64,000 bases of DNA from Mobula hypostoma. Taxonomy: Eukaryota. A program made the translations under genes and the position numbers. The notes under the pieces are model-generated. The model was not told the origin of the DNA. It made no database searches and worked only from the letters and a program-made list of their open reading frames with translations. Location: positions 68,760,001 through 68,824,000 of the forward strand of contig NC_086108.1 in the NCBI RefSeq assembly GCF_963921235.1, written 5' to 3'. This document shows, piece after piece, positions 1 through 14,134 of the stretch (positions are counted from its first letter, which is position 1; every line of letters begins with the position of its first letter).

Positions 1-1117
1 ATATTCATATGAAATAATTAAAACAAAAAATTATATAGGAGAGAAATGATCCTCAAATTTAAAAAATTGGAAATGAATCATTTCCATCTGAATGAACAAA
101 CATTCAATGCTGGGAGTGATCTCTTCCACTTTGTTTTATCAAAATAAATACAAACAACATGTAAAAATCAATTTCCCATGTTAATAGCAAAACAATGAGA
201 AGAAAACATCACATCTATTTTATATAATTTTATGTAAAAATTCTTCTATGCAAAGCTAATGGTTCTTAAGACATACACTAACTAAATCACAACAGCTGAA
301 TCCCTTTATTTTTAAAGGCATTATACATTTTTGAATATTTTGCGGTATATTTCCTAACAGAGTCTGAACACAAATGATCACCTGAGCATAAAAAGCAAAA
401 ACAGATGTAGAAGACTGCCTTCATGAACCATATTTAATTTCCTCATGCTCAGTCCCATGAAAATTTATCACACTGTATTTTCAAAACCAAATAGTAATTA
501 ATTTTAATCATCCTATCATTCTCTTTAACCATCCATTTACCTTGGTGATTGCAAAACATTCAGAAAGATATTCAAAACTGTTATCATACTGTAACGGTAA
601 TTTTAATTACTTTGGATGAAGAAATAATCCAAATTAGAATATTAAAAGTCATAATTGTAGGTTTGAAAACTGTATTTTAAACTAGAAATGTTTCTTACTT
701 TTGTTTGATTATAAAATATAGAATTAAATAACCTCTTATATAATGCTACTTTACAAATGCAATTTTCCAAAACAGAAAACTATCAAATTGATATAATTTT
801 GCAGTTTGACCTGATAGCAAATATGGACTCCAAAAGACAAACCTTTGGAATGAACATTCTGCAGAATTGCTTGTGCCACAGGCTTTAAAAATACCTAAAA
901 AAAAAAACTGATGCTGGGAATAACCAGGTTTTGTTTAGCTCTCTCACTCTCACCCAAATCAAGTGTCCCACACATTGACGGGTTTAAAAAGGTATTAAAA
1001 TTATACTATAAATATCTGTTGGTATGAGCAGATTTCACATCTCAATGTATAAAGTCCACAACGGAACAAATGTAAACAGATGTTTCTTTCTTCCCAAGAA
1101 TTCCAATTTAAAACTTA

Positions 1118-3174
1118 ACCATAAGATATAGGAGCAGAGCTACGCCATTTGTCACTCGAGTTTGCTCCACCATTCGATCATGGATGATTTATTTTCCCTC
1201 TCAACTCCATTCTTCTGCTTTCTCCCCATAATCTCTCACACCCTTACTAATCAAGAACCTATCAAGCTCCATTTTAAATATATCCAGTGCTTAGGCCTCT
1301 ACAGCCATCTGTGGCAAGCATTTCCACAGATTCACTACCCAGTAGCTGAAGAAATTCCTCTTCATTTCTGTTCGAAAGGTATGTCCTTCTACTCTGAGGC
1401 GGTGCTCTCAGGTTCTAGGTAGTTGCACTATTGCTCCATTAGAAACATCCTCTCTGCATCCCTACCTTTCAATATTCAGTAGGTTTCAAAGACATCTTCC
1501 CTCATTCTTCTAAACTCCAACGAGAAGAGACTCAGAGCAATTAAAAGCTCCTCAAAGATTAACATTTCATTTCCAGGATCATTCTCATGAACCTCCTCGG
1601 GAGTTCCTCCAATTATAGTACATCCTTTCTAAGATATGCAGCCCAAAACTGGTCATGATATTCCAATGTGTTCTAACCAATGCCTTACACAGCCTCACCA
1701 TTATTTCCTTGCTTTTATATTCTAGTCCTCTTGAAATGAATGCTAATATTGCATTTGTTTTTCTTACTAATGACTCAGCCTGGAATGACTCCCGTCACTT
1801 TGCACTTCTGATTCTGATTTTCTCCCGTTTAGAAAATAATCTATGACTTTATCCTTCTATCAAAGTGCATGACCAAACAATTCCATACATTGTATTTCAT
1901 CTGCCACTTCTTTGCCCATTCTCTTAATCTGTCCATAATAATGGACTAAGATCTTGCCAAACACTGAAGTCAGGCTAACTGTCCTATACTTTTCTTCCTT
2001 TAGCTTCCAAATTACAAATGTTATTCCATTCTAAAGAGTGGAGTGACATCTGAAAATTTCCAGTCCTCTTGAACTACCCCAGAATCTCTTGATGTTTGAA
2101 AGATCACTTCTAATGCCTGCATAATCTCTTTGGCTACCTCTTTCAGAAACCAGGAGTTTAGTCTATTTGGTGCTGGTAGCTTATCTATCTTCAGACCTCT
2201 TGGCTTCCCAAGCATGTTCTTCTGAGCAATAGCCTTGTAATAGAATACATTTAATTCTGTCCCTTGACTTTCAAATTTAAGGCATGCTACTGCTGTCTTA
2301 ATTGGTTTGGTCACCTTTTTTGTGCTCTATTATTATCTCTCCATTGTCATTTTCTAGCAAATCAACATTCAACTCTTGCCTTTCTGTTACTCTTTATATA
2401 TCTGAAAAAAATTTGGTATCCTCTTTTATATTATTGGCTCACTCACCTTCATGTTGCATCTTTTCTCTCATTGCTTTTTTTGTTACCTTCTGTTTTTAAA
2501 AGCTTCCCAATCCTCTAGCTTCTAACTAATAATTATTGCTATGTTGTATGCCCTCTCTTTTGCTTTTATACTGTCTTTGATTTCCCTTGTCAGCTATGGT
2601 TGCCTCATCCACCCTTGAGAAAGGCTCTTCTTCTCCTTTGGGATGAACCAATCCTGCATTTTCTAAATTACTTCCAAAAACTGAGCCATTGCTGCTCTAT
2701 TGTCATCCCTACTAGTGTCCCCCTTCCAACCAACTCTTCCTTCATGCCTCAGTAGTTTGCTTTACTCAAATACTGATTCATTCTATTTTAGCATCTCCCT
2801 CTCAAACTGCAGGGTGGATTTTATCATATTATGATCACTACCTTAAGACCCTTAATCAAATTTTGTTTATTACATAATACCCAATATAGAACTGCCCTTT
2901 CTTGGTGGGTTCGACCATAAGCTGCTCTGAAAAGACTTCTTGTAGGCATTCTGCTAACTCCTTCTCTAGGGATTCAGCATCAACATGATTTCCCCTATCT
3001 ACCTGCATAATGAAATCCCTCACGACCATTGTAACATTGTAACATTATGTGCCTTTTCTATCTCCCATTGTAATTTGTACCCCAGATCCTGTGTACTGTT
3101 CAGAGACCTGTATATAACTCCCATCAGAGTCTTTTTACCCTTGCAGTTTCTTAACTCTACCCACAAGGATTCTA
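1118..3174 (-). mobile_element. Old degraded CR1 LINE (3' tail to endonuclease region, internally deleted); resumes at about 5382-5430 after the Tc1 insertion
   Basis: CR1-type 3' end accataagatataggagcaga, RT remnant LKEVAKEIMQALEVIFQTS..EDWK..DVTPLF (ORF 2021..2314), many stops. Confidence 0.85.
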
Positions 3175-5381
<2,207 letters not shown>

Positions 5382-5789
5382 TACATCTTTTGATCCTATG
5401 TATGTCACTTCCTTCTAAGGATCTGATTCGCTGCTCAACTTCTTTCCGAAAGATGTCTAGAACATGATTAAAGTAGTAAAGTGTTCAATTTGCTTATCAT
5501 ATAATATAAAACCTCAATACCTAGGCAGAAATCAAATTGTAACATTATGACTATGCAAGAATGGGAGAACATGGAAAAAGTTGGACAAAGTTGTCCTTTA
5601 TTGGACAGCCAGTTGCTCAGACTTATTCACCATATGCTCCATACCTCCATACTAACTTGGTAGTGAGATGTGTTTCCAATTATTTTACATAAAGCACAGA
5701 ACATTACAGCACAGTACAGGCCCTTCAGCCCACAATGTTCTGCCAACCTTTTAACCTATGAGAAGATCAATCTAGCTCTTTCCTCCTAC

Positions 5790-8188
5790 AGAGTTGTAAA
5801 AGAGTGCCTGAAGGCTTTATGTGTCAATGCAAGGAGCATTCGTAATAAGGTGGATGAATTGAAAGTGCAGATTGTTATTAATGATTATGATATAGTTGGG
5901 ATCACAGAGACATGGCTCCAGGGTGACCAGGGATGGGAGCTCAACGTTCAGGGATATTCAATATTCAGGAGGGATAGACACGAAGGAAGGGGAGGTGGGG
6001 TGGCGTTGCTGGTTAAAAAAGAGATTAACGCAATAGAAAGGAAGGACATAAGCCGGGAAGATGTGGAATCGATATGGGTAGAGCTGCGTAACACTAAGGG
6101 GCAGAAGACGCTGGTGGGAGTTGTGTACAGGCCACCTAACAGTAGTAGTGAGGTCGGAGATGGTATTAAACAGGAAATTAGAAATGTGTGCAATAAAGGA
6201 ACAGACATGTAGACTGGGTGAACCAAATTGGTAAAGGTGCTGAGGAAGAGGATTTCTTGGAATGTATGCGGGATGGTTTTTTGAACCAACATGTCGAGGA
6301 ACCGACTAGAGAGCAGGCTATTCTGGACTGGGTTTTGAGCAATGAGGAAGGGTTAATTAGCGATCTTGTCGTGAGAGGCCCCTTGGGTAAGAGTGACCAT
6401 AATATGGTGGAATTCTTCATTAACATGGAGAGTGACGTAGTTAATTCAGAAACAAAGGTTCTGAACTTAAAGAGGGGTAACTTTGAAGGTATGAGACATG
6501 AATTAGCTAAGATAGACTGGCAAATGACACTTCAAGGATTGACGGTGGATATGCAATGGCAGGCATTTAAAGGTTGCATGGATGAACTACAACAATTGTT
6601 CATCCCAGTTTGGCAAAAGAATAAATCAAGGAAGGTGAGTGCTTAAGGAAGTGGCCCAAGAAATAGTGGATGCATTAGTGATAATTTTTCAAAACTCGTT
6701 AGATTCTGGACTAGTTCCTGAGGATTGGAGGGTGGCTAATGTAACCCCACTTTTTAAAAAAGGAGGGAGAGAGAAACCGGGGAATTATAGGCCGGTTAGC
6801 CTAACGTCGGTGGTGGGGAAACTGCTGGAGTCAGTTATCAAGGATGTGATAACAGCACATTTGGAAAGCGGTGAAATGATCGGACAAAGTCAGCATGGAT
6901 TTGTGAAAGGAAAATCATGTCTGACGAATCTCATAGAATTTTTTGAGGATGTAACTAGTAGAGTGGATAGGGGAGAACCAGTGGATGTGGTATATTTGGA
7001 TTTTCAAAAGGCTTTTGACAAGGTCCCACATAGGAGATTAGTGTGCAAACTTAAAGCACACGGTATTGGGGGTAAGGTATTGGTGTGGGTGGAGAATTGG
7101 TTAGCAGACAGGAAGCAAAGAGTGGGAATAAACGGGACCTTTTCAGAATGGCAGGCGGTGACTAGTGGGGTACCGCAAGGCTCAGTGCTGGGACCCCAGT
7201 TGTTTACAATATATATTAATGACTTGGATGAGGGAATTAAATGCAGCATCTCCAAGTTTGCGGATGACACGAAGCTGGGTGGCAGTGTTAGCAGTGAGGA
7301 GGATGCTAAGAGGATGCAGGGTGACTTGGATAGGTTGGGTGAGTGGGCAAACTCATGGCAGATGCAATTTAATGTGGATAAATGTGAAGTTATCCACTTT
7401 GGTGGCAAAAATAGGAAAACAGATTATTATCTGAATGGTGGCCGATTAGGAAAAGGGGAGGTGCAACGAGACCTGGGTGTCATTATACACCAGTCATTGA
7501 AAGTGGGCATGCAGGTACAGCAGGCGGTGAAAAAGGCGAACGGTATGCTGGCATTTATAGCGAGAGGATTCGAGTACAGGAGCAGGGAGGTACTACTGCA
7601 GTTGTACAAGGCCTTGGTGAGACCACACCTGGAGTATTGTGTGCAGTTTTGGTCCCCTAATCTGAGGAAAGACATCTTTGCCATAGAGGGAGTACAAAGA
7701 AGGTTCACCAGATTGATTCCTGGGATGGCAGGTCTTTCATATGAAGAAAGACTGGATGAACTGGGCTTGTACTCGTTGGAATTTAGAAGATTGAGGGGGG
7801 ATCTGATTGAAACGTATAAGATCCTAAAGGGATTGGACAGGCTAGATGCAGGAAGATTGTTCCCGATGTTGGGGAGGTCTAGAACGAGGGGTCACAGTTT
7901 GAGGATAGAGGGGAAGCCTTTTAGGACCGAGGTTAGGAAAAACTTCTTCACACAGAGAGTGGTGAATCTGTGGAATTCTCTGCCACAGCAAACTGTTGAG
8001 GCCAGTTCATTAGCTATGTTTAAAAGGAAGTTAGATATGGCCCTTGTGGCTACAGGGGTCAGGGGGTATGGAGGGAAGGCTGGGTTCTGAGTTGGATGAT
8101 CAGCCATGATCATAATAAATGGCGGTGCAGGCTCGAAGGGCCGAATGGCCTACTCCTGCACCTATTTTCTATGTTTCTATGTTTCTAT
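5790..8188 (+). mobile_element. Young 5'-truncated CR1 LINE (ORF2 endonuclease and RT) with two internal deletions
   Basis: APE endonuclease motifs NARSIRNK, GITETWL, VVYRPP, SDHN; RT ORF 6639..8090; terminal (TTTCTATG)n microsatellite tail at about 8166-8188. Confidence 0.96.
6639..8090 (+). CDS. CR1 ORF2 reverse transcriptase and C-terminal domain, 483 aa uninterrupted (N-terminally truncated by a deletion)
   Basis: Motifs [53 protein letters not shown]; open through to the natural stop. Confidence 0.9.
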   Translation: MLKEVAQEIVDALVIIFQNSLDSGLVPEDWRVANVTPLFKKGGREKPGNYRPVSLTSVVGKLLESVIKDVITAHLESGEMIGQSQHGFVKGKSCLTNLIEFFEDVTSRVDRGEPVDVVYLDFQKAFDKVPHRRLVCKLKAHGIGGKVLVWVENWLADRKQRVGINGTFSEWQAVTSGVPQGSVLGPQLFTIYINDLDEGIKCSISKFADDTKLGGSVSSEEDAKRMQGDLDRLGEWANSWQMQFNVDKCEVIHFGGKNRKTDYYLNGGRLGKGEVQRDLGVIIHQSLKVGMQVQQAVKKANGMLAFIARGFEYRSREVLLQLYKALVRPHLEYCVQFWSPNLRKDIFAIEGVQRRFTRLIPGMAGLSYEERLDELGLYSLEFRRLRGDLIETYKILKGLDRLDAGRLFPMLGRSRTRGHSLRIEGKPFRTEVRKNFFTQRVVNLWNSLPQQTVEASSLAMFKRKLDMALVATGVRGYGGKAGF

Positions 8189-8525
8189 AACTCCCATATG
8201 CCCAAATGCCCATAGTGCATTTGCTCATACCACCATCCCTGGCAGGGCAATCCATGCACAAAGCACTCTCTGTGCAAAGATGTTATCTCCGACCCTCTAT
8301 TATTAGCTATTTCCACTCCGGAGAAAAGTCTCTGGCTATCCACTCAATGTATGTATCTTATTTTGTACACTTCTCATCCTCCTTCACTCCAAAGAGAAAA
8401 GCTCTAGTCCACTCAATATACCCTCATAAGACGTGCTCTCTACTCCAGGCAGCATCCTGGTTAAACTACTCTGCATCCTCTCTAAAGCTTTCACAGCCTT
8501 CCTATGCGGCAACCAGAACCGAATA

Positions 8526-9148
8526 CAAGGGGTGATTGATAAGATCGTGGCCTAAGGTAAAAGGAGCCAATTTTAGAAAACCTAGCACATTTATTTTTCC
8601 TACATTTACACACTTAGTCCAGATGTCATGGAGCATACGGATCCCTCCTTTGTAGAAGTTGGTGTCTTGGACCTCCAGGAGTGGTCCACAGCAGGGGTGA
8701 TTGATAAGTTCGTGGCCTAAGGCAGAAGGAGATGAGTTATTAACTTCAAACTTTCTGCATTTTCACTCAAAAAGTTGAGCTGCACGTGCATGTAATGAGA
8801 GCTGTACAACTCATCTCCGTCTACCATAGGCCATGAACTTATCAATCACCCCTGCTGTGGATCACCTGGAGGTCCAAGACGCTCTCGTTACATGCACGTG
8901 CAGTTCAACTCTTTAAGTGATAATGCTGAAAGTTTGAAGTTAATAACTCATCTCCTTCTACCGTAGGCCACAAACTTATCAATCACCCCTACTGTGGACC
9001 ACTTCTACAAAGAAGGGATCCGTATGCTCCACGACCGCTGGACTAAGCGTGTACATGTAGGAGGGGACCATATTGAAAAATAAATGTGCTAAGTTTTCTA
9101 AAATTGACTCCTTCTACCTTAGGCCACAAACTTATCAATCACCCCTTG
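8526..9148. mobile_element. Non-autonomous fold-back mariner derivative (623 bp)
   Basis: TA duplication (8524-25, 9149-50); TIR caaggggtgattgataag.t.gtggcctaagg at both ends; mariner C-terminal remnant HFYKEGIRMLHDRWTKRVHVGGDHIEK* at 9000-9083. Confidence 0.92.
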
Positions 9149-10578
9149 TACTCCAAGTGTAGTCTCAATAGAATCTTATAGAGCTGCAACAAAAGCTCAT
9201 GGATTCTGAACTCAATCTCCTGCTTACTGAAAGCCAACACACCATAGGTTGTCCGAAACATCATATCAACTTGCACGACAGCTTCAAGACACCAAGATCT
9301 CGCCGCTTCTCCACACTAAGAATCTTGCTATATCCTTGTACTCTGTCTTCAAATTCAATCTTCCAAAGTGAATCACTTCAAACTTCATCTGCCACTTCTC
9401 AGCCCAGCTCTGCATCCTGTCAATATCCTGTTGTAACCCATGACAACCTGCTATACAGATCCCTGTGGAACACCACTGGTCACCGACCTCCAGGCAGAAT
9501 ATGCTCCATCCACAACAGCCTTCCACTGGTAAGCCAATTTTGGATTCACAAGTTTCTCTGGATCCCATGCCTCCTGAATTTCTGAATGAGTCCACCATGG
9601 AGAACCTTGTCAAATGCCTGACTAAAATCCATCTACAGCTCTACCTTCATCATTGTGCTTTGTAACATCCACAAAGAATTCAATCAGCCTCATAAGGCAT
9701 GACATGTCCCTCATAAGGCTATGCTGACTACTGCTAATCAGACTATGCTTCTCCAAATGGTAATAAATCTTGTCTTTAAGAATCTTCTCCAATAATTTGC
9801 CCAATACTGAAGTAAGACTCACCAGCCTATAATTCCTAGGGTATTCCTCGTCCTTTTTTTGAACAATTGAATAAACTTTGCAACCCTAATCATCTAGTAC
9901 TATTTCTGTGGCTGATGAGGATGCAAAGATCATCAACAATGATGTTGCTATCTCTTCATTCACTTCCCTGAGTAACCTAAGCTATATTCCATTCTGCCAA
10001 GGAGACGTCCATCCTTCTGTGTTTCAAAAGTTCCAGCACTTGACACATTTTAGCATATCAGCCTATTTTACACTGTCCTCACAAATGTCAAGGTCTTTCT
10101 CACTGGTGAACACTGAAGCAAAATATTCATTAAGGACCTACCCTACCTCTTCCAACTCCAGGCCCATGTTTCCTCTTCTATTCCTGATCAGTCCTACCCT
10201 CACTTTAGTTATCTTCCTATTCTTCGCTTGTGTAAAATCCCTTGGGTTTTCCTTAATCCTACTCACCAAGGCCTCTTATGCCTCCTTCTAGCTCTCATAA
10301 TTCTATTCTTCTATTCCTTCCAGACTGCCTTATAACTCTCAAGAGCACTGTGTTATCCTTGCCTCCTCAACCTTAAGTACTCTCCTTCTTCCTCTTAACA
10401 AGATGTTCTACATCTTTTGTCAACCATGGTTCTTTCGCCCTTCCATCCTTTCCCTGCCTCAAAGGGACAACCCTATCCTGAATGCCATACAAGTTCTCCG
10501 TGAACAACTTCCACATTGCCATTACGCATTTCCGAGTATACTTGTTCCCAAATTATGCTCCCCATTTCTTGCCTAATA

Positions 10579-12660
10579 CAGTTGCAAGTAAAAGTTTGTG
10601 AACCTTTTACAAATACCTGTTTCCTTTGCATTAATTACTCAGAAAATGTGGTCTCATCTTCACCTAAGTCACAATAATAGACATACGCAATCTGCCTACA
10701 CTAATAACACAAAATATTTGTACTTTTCATGTCTTTATTGAACACATTGTTTAATCATTCACAGTACAGGCTGGAAAAAGTATGTGAACCCTTGTACTTA
10801 ATAACTGGTAGAACCTCCTTTACCAGCAAAAGTCACCACTGAATGTTTCCTGTAGCTGCTGATCAAACTTGCACAATGGCAAGGAGGAATTTTACACCAT
10901 TCCTCCATACGGAAGTTTCAGTTCATCAATATTTCTAGGATACCTTGCAACAACAGCCCTCTTCAGGTCATGCCACAGCATCACAACTTGGTTAATGCCT
11001 GGACTCTGACTTGGCCATTCCAAAACATAATTTTCCTTTTTTTAAAGCATTTTCTTGTTGATTAACTGTTGTGTTTCAGATCATTGTCTTGTTGCATCAT
11101 CCAACTTCTAATAAGCTTCAAGTGATGTTCTGCTACCATGACATTCTCCTGTAAAATGTCTTGATACAATTTTGAATTAATTGTTCCCTCAATGCTTACA
11201 AGCTGTTTAGGCCCAGAGGCAGCAAAGCAGCACCAAACCATAATGCTCCTTCCACCATGCTTCAGTTGGGATGAGGTTTTGGTGTTGCTGTGCAGTGCCC
11301 TTTTCCCTCCAATTACAGCGCTATGTATTTCTGCCAAATAATTCAACTTTTGCCTCACCTGTCCATAGAACGTTGTTCCAGAAGCATTGTGGAACATTCA
11401 GGTGATATTTTGCAAAGTGGAGAGGTGCAGCAATTTTTTTTGGAGAGCAGTAGTTTCTTCAGTGGCATCCTTCCATGAACACCATTGTTGTTCAATGGTT
11501 TTCTTATAACAGACAAATGAACAGAGACTTTAGCAAGTTCTAGAGACTTGTGCAGGTCTTTTGCTGTTACTCTTGGGTTCCTTTACACCTCCTTCAATAT
11601 TGCACGTGTAATGCCCTGGTTCACATCTTTACTATTATGCTGTAGGTATTTCATTTAGCAGCTCTGTACGAGCGGTTTGTTCTGTTTACAACCTGTTTGG
11701 GTTATTGTTGAAGATAATGGATGATGTGGAATGTGTGCCATCCAATTAGCCGGACACTTTTCTCGGTGAGGACAATAATGTTGGTCTTGGGCTTTTGTTC
11801 GCGAGGAGATGAAGAGAGAAGACACCGGGGAGAACCAGTTGTAGCATACGATCCGGTGGGAGACCTATTCGTTTGAGATGGATTGTGAGTGACGGTCAGA
11901 AGGTAGTGCGTGCTTTCACGTTGACCAAGGACCCAGCAAGTGACAGAGAAGTTCAAGATGGGTTCCAACTTGTGCATTTGACTGTTTGGTTAGAATGGGC
12001 CCTTTTCCTTTTGTTATTCATTACAAACCCTTCAGTTACGATTCATAAATATAATTCCTTTAATTGTATACAATGCACTGTCTGTTATTTCGTGACATCA
12101 ATTTGTAACAGGGTAGCAAATGACAAAGCATCCGCACAAACCGAGGTTTGGGGTGGAATCAAGTCCGCCCCAGTCTCTAGTTTGGCGGGGCTGGAGGTAG
12201 TCTTCCTGAGACTTATGCAGCCAAGGAAACCGGAGTGTTTCACACATTGTGCTCCTGATTTGATCTTTGCAGGATGCCAAATCCTCGGAAGAGTAGCAAC
12301 AGTAGTAAGCTTTTTTTCCATTTGTAGACAACTTCTCTTATTGTGGACTGATGAACACTCAGGTGTTTAGAAATGCTTTTGTAGCCTTTTCCAGCTTCAC
12401 CCATCTCTATAATTCTTCTAAGGTCCCTTGAAAAATGTTTTGATCGAGGCATGGTGCACATAAACAGATCTTTCTTGAAAAGAGTAGGCTCCGTCAGTAA
12501 CCTGAGTTTCTGTGTCATTTTTTATGGGCCAGGACACCTCTACTATCCACAGCTCCATTCTCATCTCATTGACTGGAATACCTGACTCCAAATAGCTTTT
12601 GTATAAGGCATTACTCTAGAGGTTTACGTACTTTTTGAACCCAGACTGTGACTGCCTAAA
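10579..12660 (-). mobile_element. Degraded Tc1-family transposon (one terminus lost), interrupted by an LTR-like insert
   Basis: TA|cagttgcaagtaaaagtttgtgaacc terminus. Transposase remnants KHGGRSIMVWCCFAASG...QQDNDLKH (11062..11397) and MPRSK...GKGYKSISKHLSVHQSTIREVVYKWK (12240..12518). Confidence 0.9.
11607..12242. mobile_element. Probable solo LTR (636 bp)
   Basis: TG...CA ends (tgtaatgccc...ggagtgtttca) and 4-bp flanks cacg/caca. It cleanly interrupts Tc1 coding sequence and is non-coding. Confidence 0.7.
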
Positions 12661-13338
12661 TGTGTGCCTACAAAGACCTGCTGTATATTCCCAAACCAAA
12701 AGCCATGGATGAACCAAGAGGTACGTTGTCTGCTGAAGGCTAGATCTGTGGCATTCAGGGCTGATAATCCAGGTCTGTACCGGAAAACCTAGTATGACTT
12801 GAAGAGGGCTATTTCAAGGGTGAAGAGACAATTTCGAATGAGGTTGGAGATGACATCGGATGTACGACAACTCTGGCAGGGTTTGCAAGACATTACTTCC
12901 TACAAAGCAAAACCAATAACATGGATGGCAGCAATGCTTCACTACCAGATGAACTCAATACCTTCTATGCCTGCTATGAAAGGGAGAATATAAGTTTAGC
13001 TGTGAAGATCCCTGCTGCGTCCAGTGACCCTGTGATCTCTGTTTCGGAGGCCAATGTTATGCTGTCTTTAATGAGGGTGAACCCTCGTAAGGCGGAAGGC
13101 CCTGACGGAGTACTTGGTAAGGCTCTGAAAACTTGTGCCAACCAACTGGCGGGAGTATTCAAGGACATTTTCAACCTCTCACTGCAACGGGCGCAAGATC
13201 CCACCTGCTTCAAACAGGCAACAATTATATCAGTGCCTAAGAAGAATAATGTGAGCTGCCTTAATGACTATCACCCAGGAGCACTCACATCTACAGTGAT
13301 GAAATGCTTTGAGAGGTTGTTCATGACTAGACTCCTCA
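12661..13338 (+). mobile_element. Rex1/Babar-like internal fragment (linker and RT start)
   Basis: FPNQKPWMN, LPDELNTFYA, VNPRKAEGPDG, CLNDYHP.ALTSTVMKCFERL. Confidence 0.9.
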
Positions 13339-14100
13339 CTTACTCTTCATAATAAACTTTTCTATTAATTGTCATGTCTTCAGCAAATTTAGGAATTTTA
13401 CCATTGATGCCTTCCTCCAGGCCATTTACAAAAGTTGTAAAAGGGTACCGGTCCCTGGGGCACACTGCTCCTTCTTGATTTTCAATCAGAAAAGAAACAA
13501 TTGTTTCCATGTAACTAGTCAAACTCTTATCAAGCCAATGTTACATCAAAAACTACATAGTTTTACATATTAAGAAATGTCTTACAGAAATCATAGTATG
13601 CTTACTGGTTCAACAGCACACGATACTTCAAAGAATTCATATAATCAGGTCAAACAAGATTTTCCATTCAAAAAACCAAGTTGAATTTGAGCTCTGATAC
13701 AAAGATTTTAGTATTTGCATCCAAACTTTCCCTATGACAAATATTAAGCTAACTAGCCTATAGGTTTATGAGAATGGTCTATTTCAAATAATATTTGAAA
13801 AACATTATTTCCCTAAATCTCAGGAAATTTAGAAAATTAAAACCAATGCATCAACTTTCTTACAAGCTATATCCTTTAAAACCTCAGGAGAAAGTCCATC
13901 AGGACCTTGAGACTTATCAGCTCACTGTTCAGAACCATTTTTCTGATGATTATAATTTCCCCAAGTTCCTCTCTCTTCTCCAATTCCTGATTGCCAGCTT
14001 TTCCTGGACTGTTAGTAGTAACTGCTATAAAAGAGGCCAATCTAAGACCCATTTGATTCATCTGCCACCATCTTACTTTCTATTATTAACCCTCAAGATT
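13339..14100 (-). mobile_element. Highly degraded CR1 remnant
   Basis: FTTFVNGLEEGINGKIPKFAED (ORF 13340..13522) and further eroded RT-like sequence. Confidence 0.6.
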
Positions 14101-14134
14101 CACTTTCTATGGTATCACTACTCACTACTCATCT

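Larger units (their letters stand above)
5690..10576 (-). mobile_element. Older CR1 LINE in three pieces (about 5690-5789, 8189-8525, 9149-10576), interrupted by a young CR1 and a mariner derivative
   Basis: 3' end acagcacagtacaggcccttcagcccaca. RT remnants LQQDIDRMQSWAEKWQMKF and SLTSVLGKLLEKILKDKIYYHLEKH (ORFs 9284..9613, 9622..9822). The pieces join across the insertions. Confidence 0.85.

Noticed and set aside
6639..8090. Intact RT as a domesticated gene or prokaryote-style retron/DGR system
   Set aside because: It sits in an ordinary CR1 context, with endonuclease remnants upstream and a CR1 microsatellite tail, inserted in another CR1.
5948..8113. Minus-strand ORFs overlapping the CR1 (5948..6292, 7004..7408, 7427..7708 and others)
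   Set aside because: Antisense shadows of the CR1 ORF2.
8526..9148. Repeated motif of about 35 bp with spacers resembling a CRISPR array
   Set aside because: The repeats are in both orientations, are mariner TIRs with a TA TSD, and lie in a vertebrate intron with no cas genes.
11702..12370. ORFs 11702..11977 and 11873..12370 as LTR-element genes
   Set aside because: No gag, pol or env motifs; one of them crosses the LTR/Tc1 boundary.
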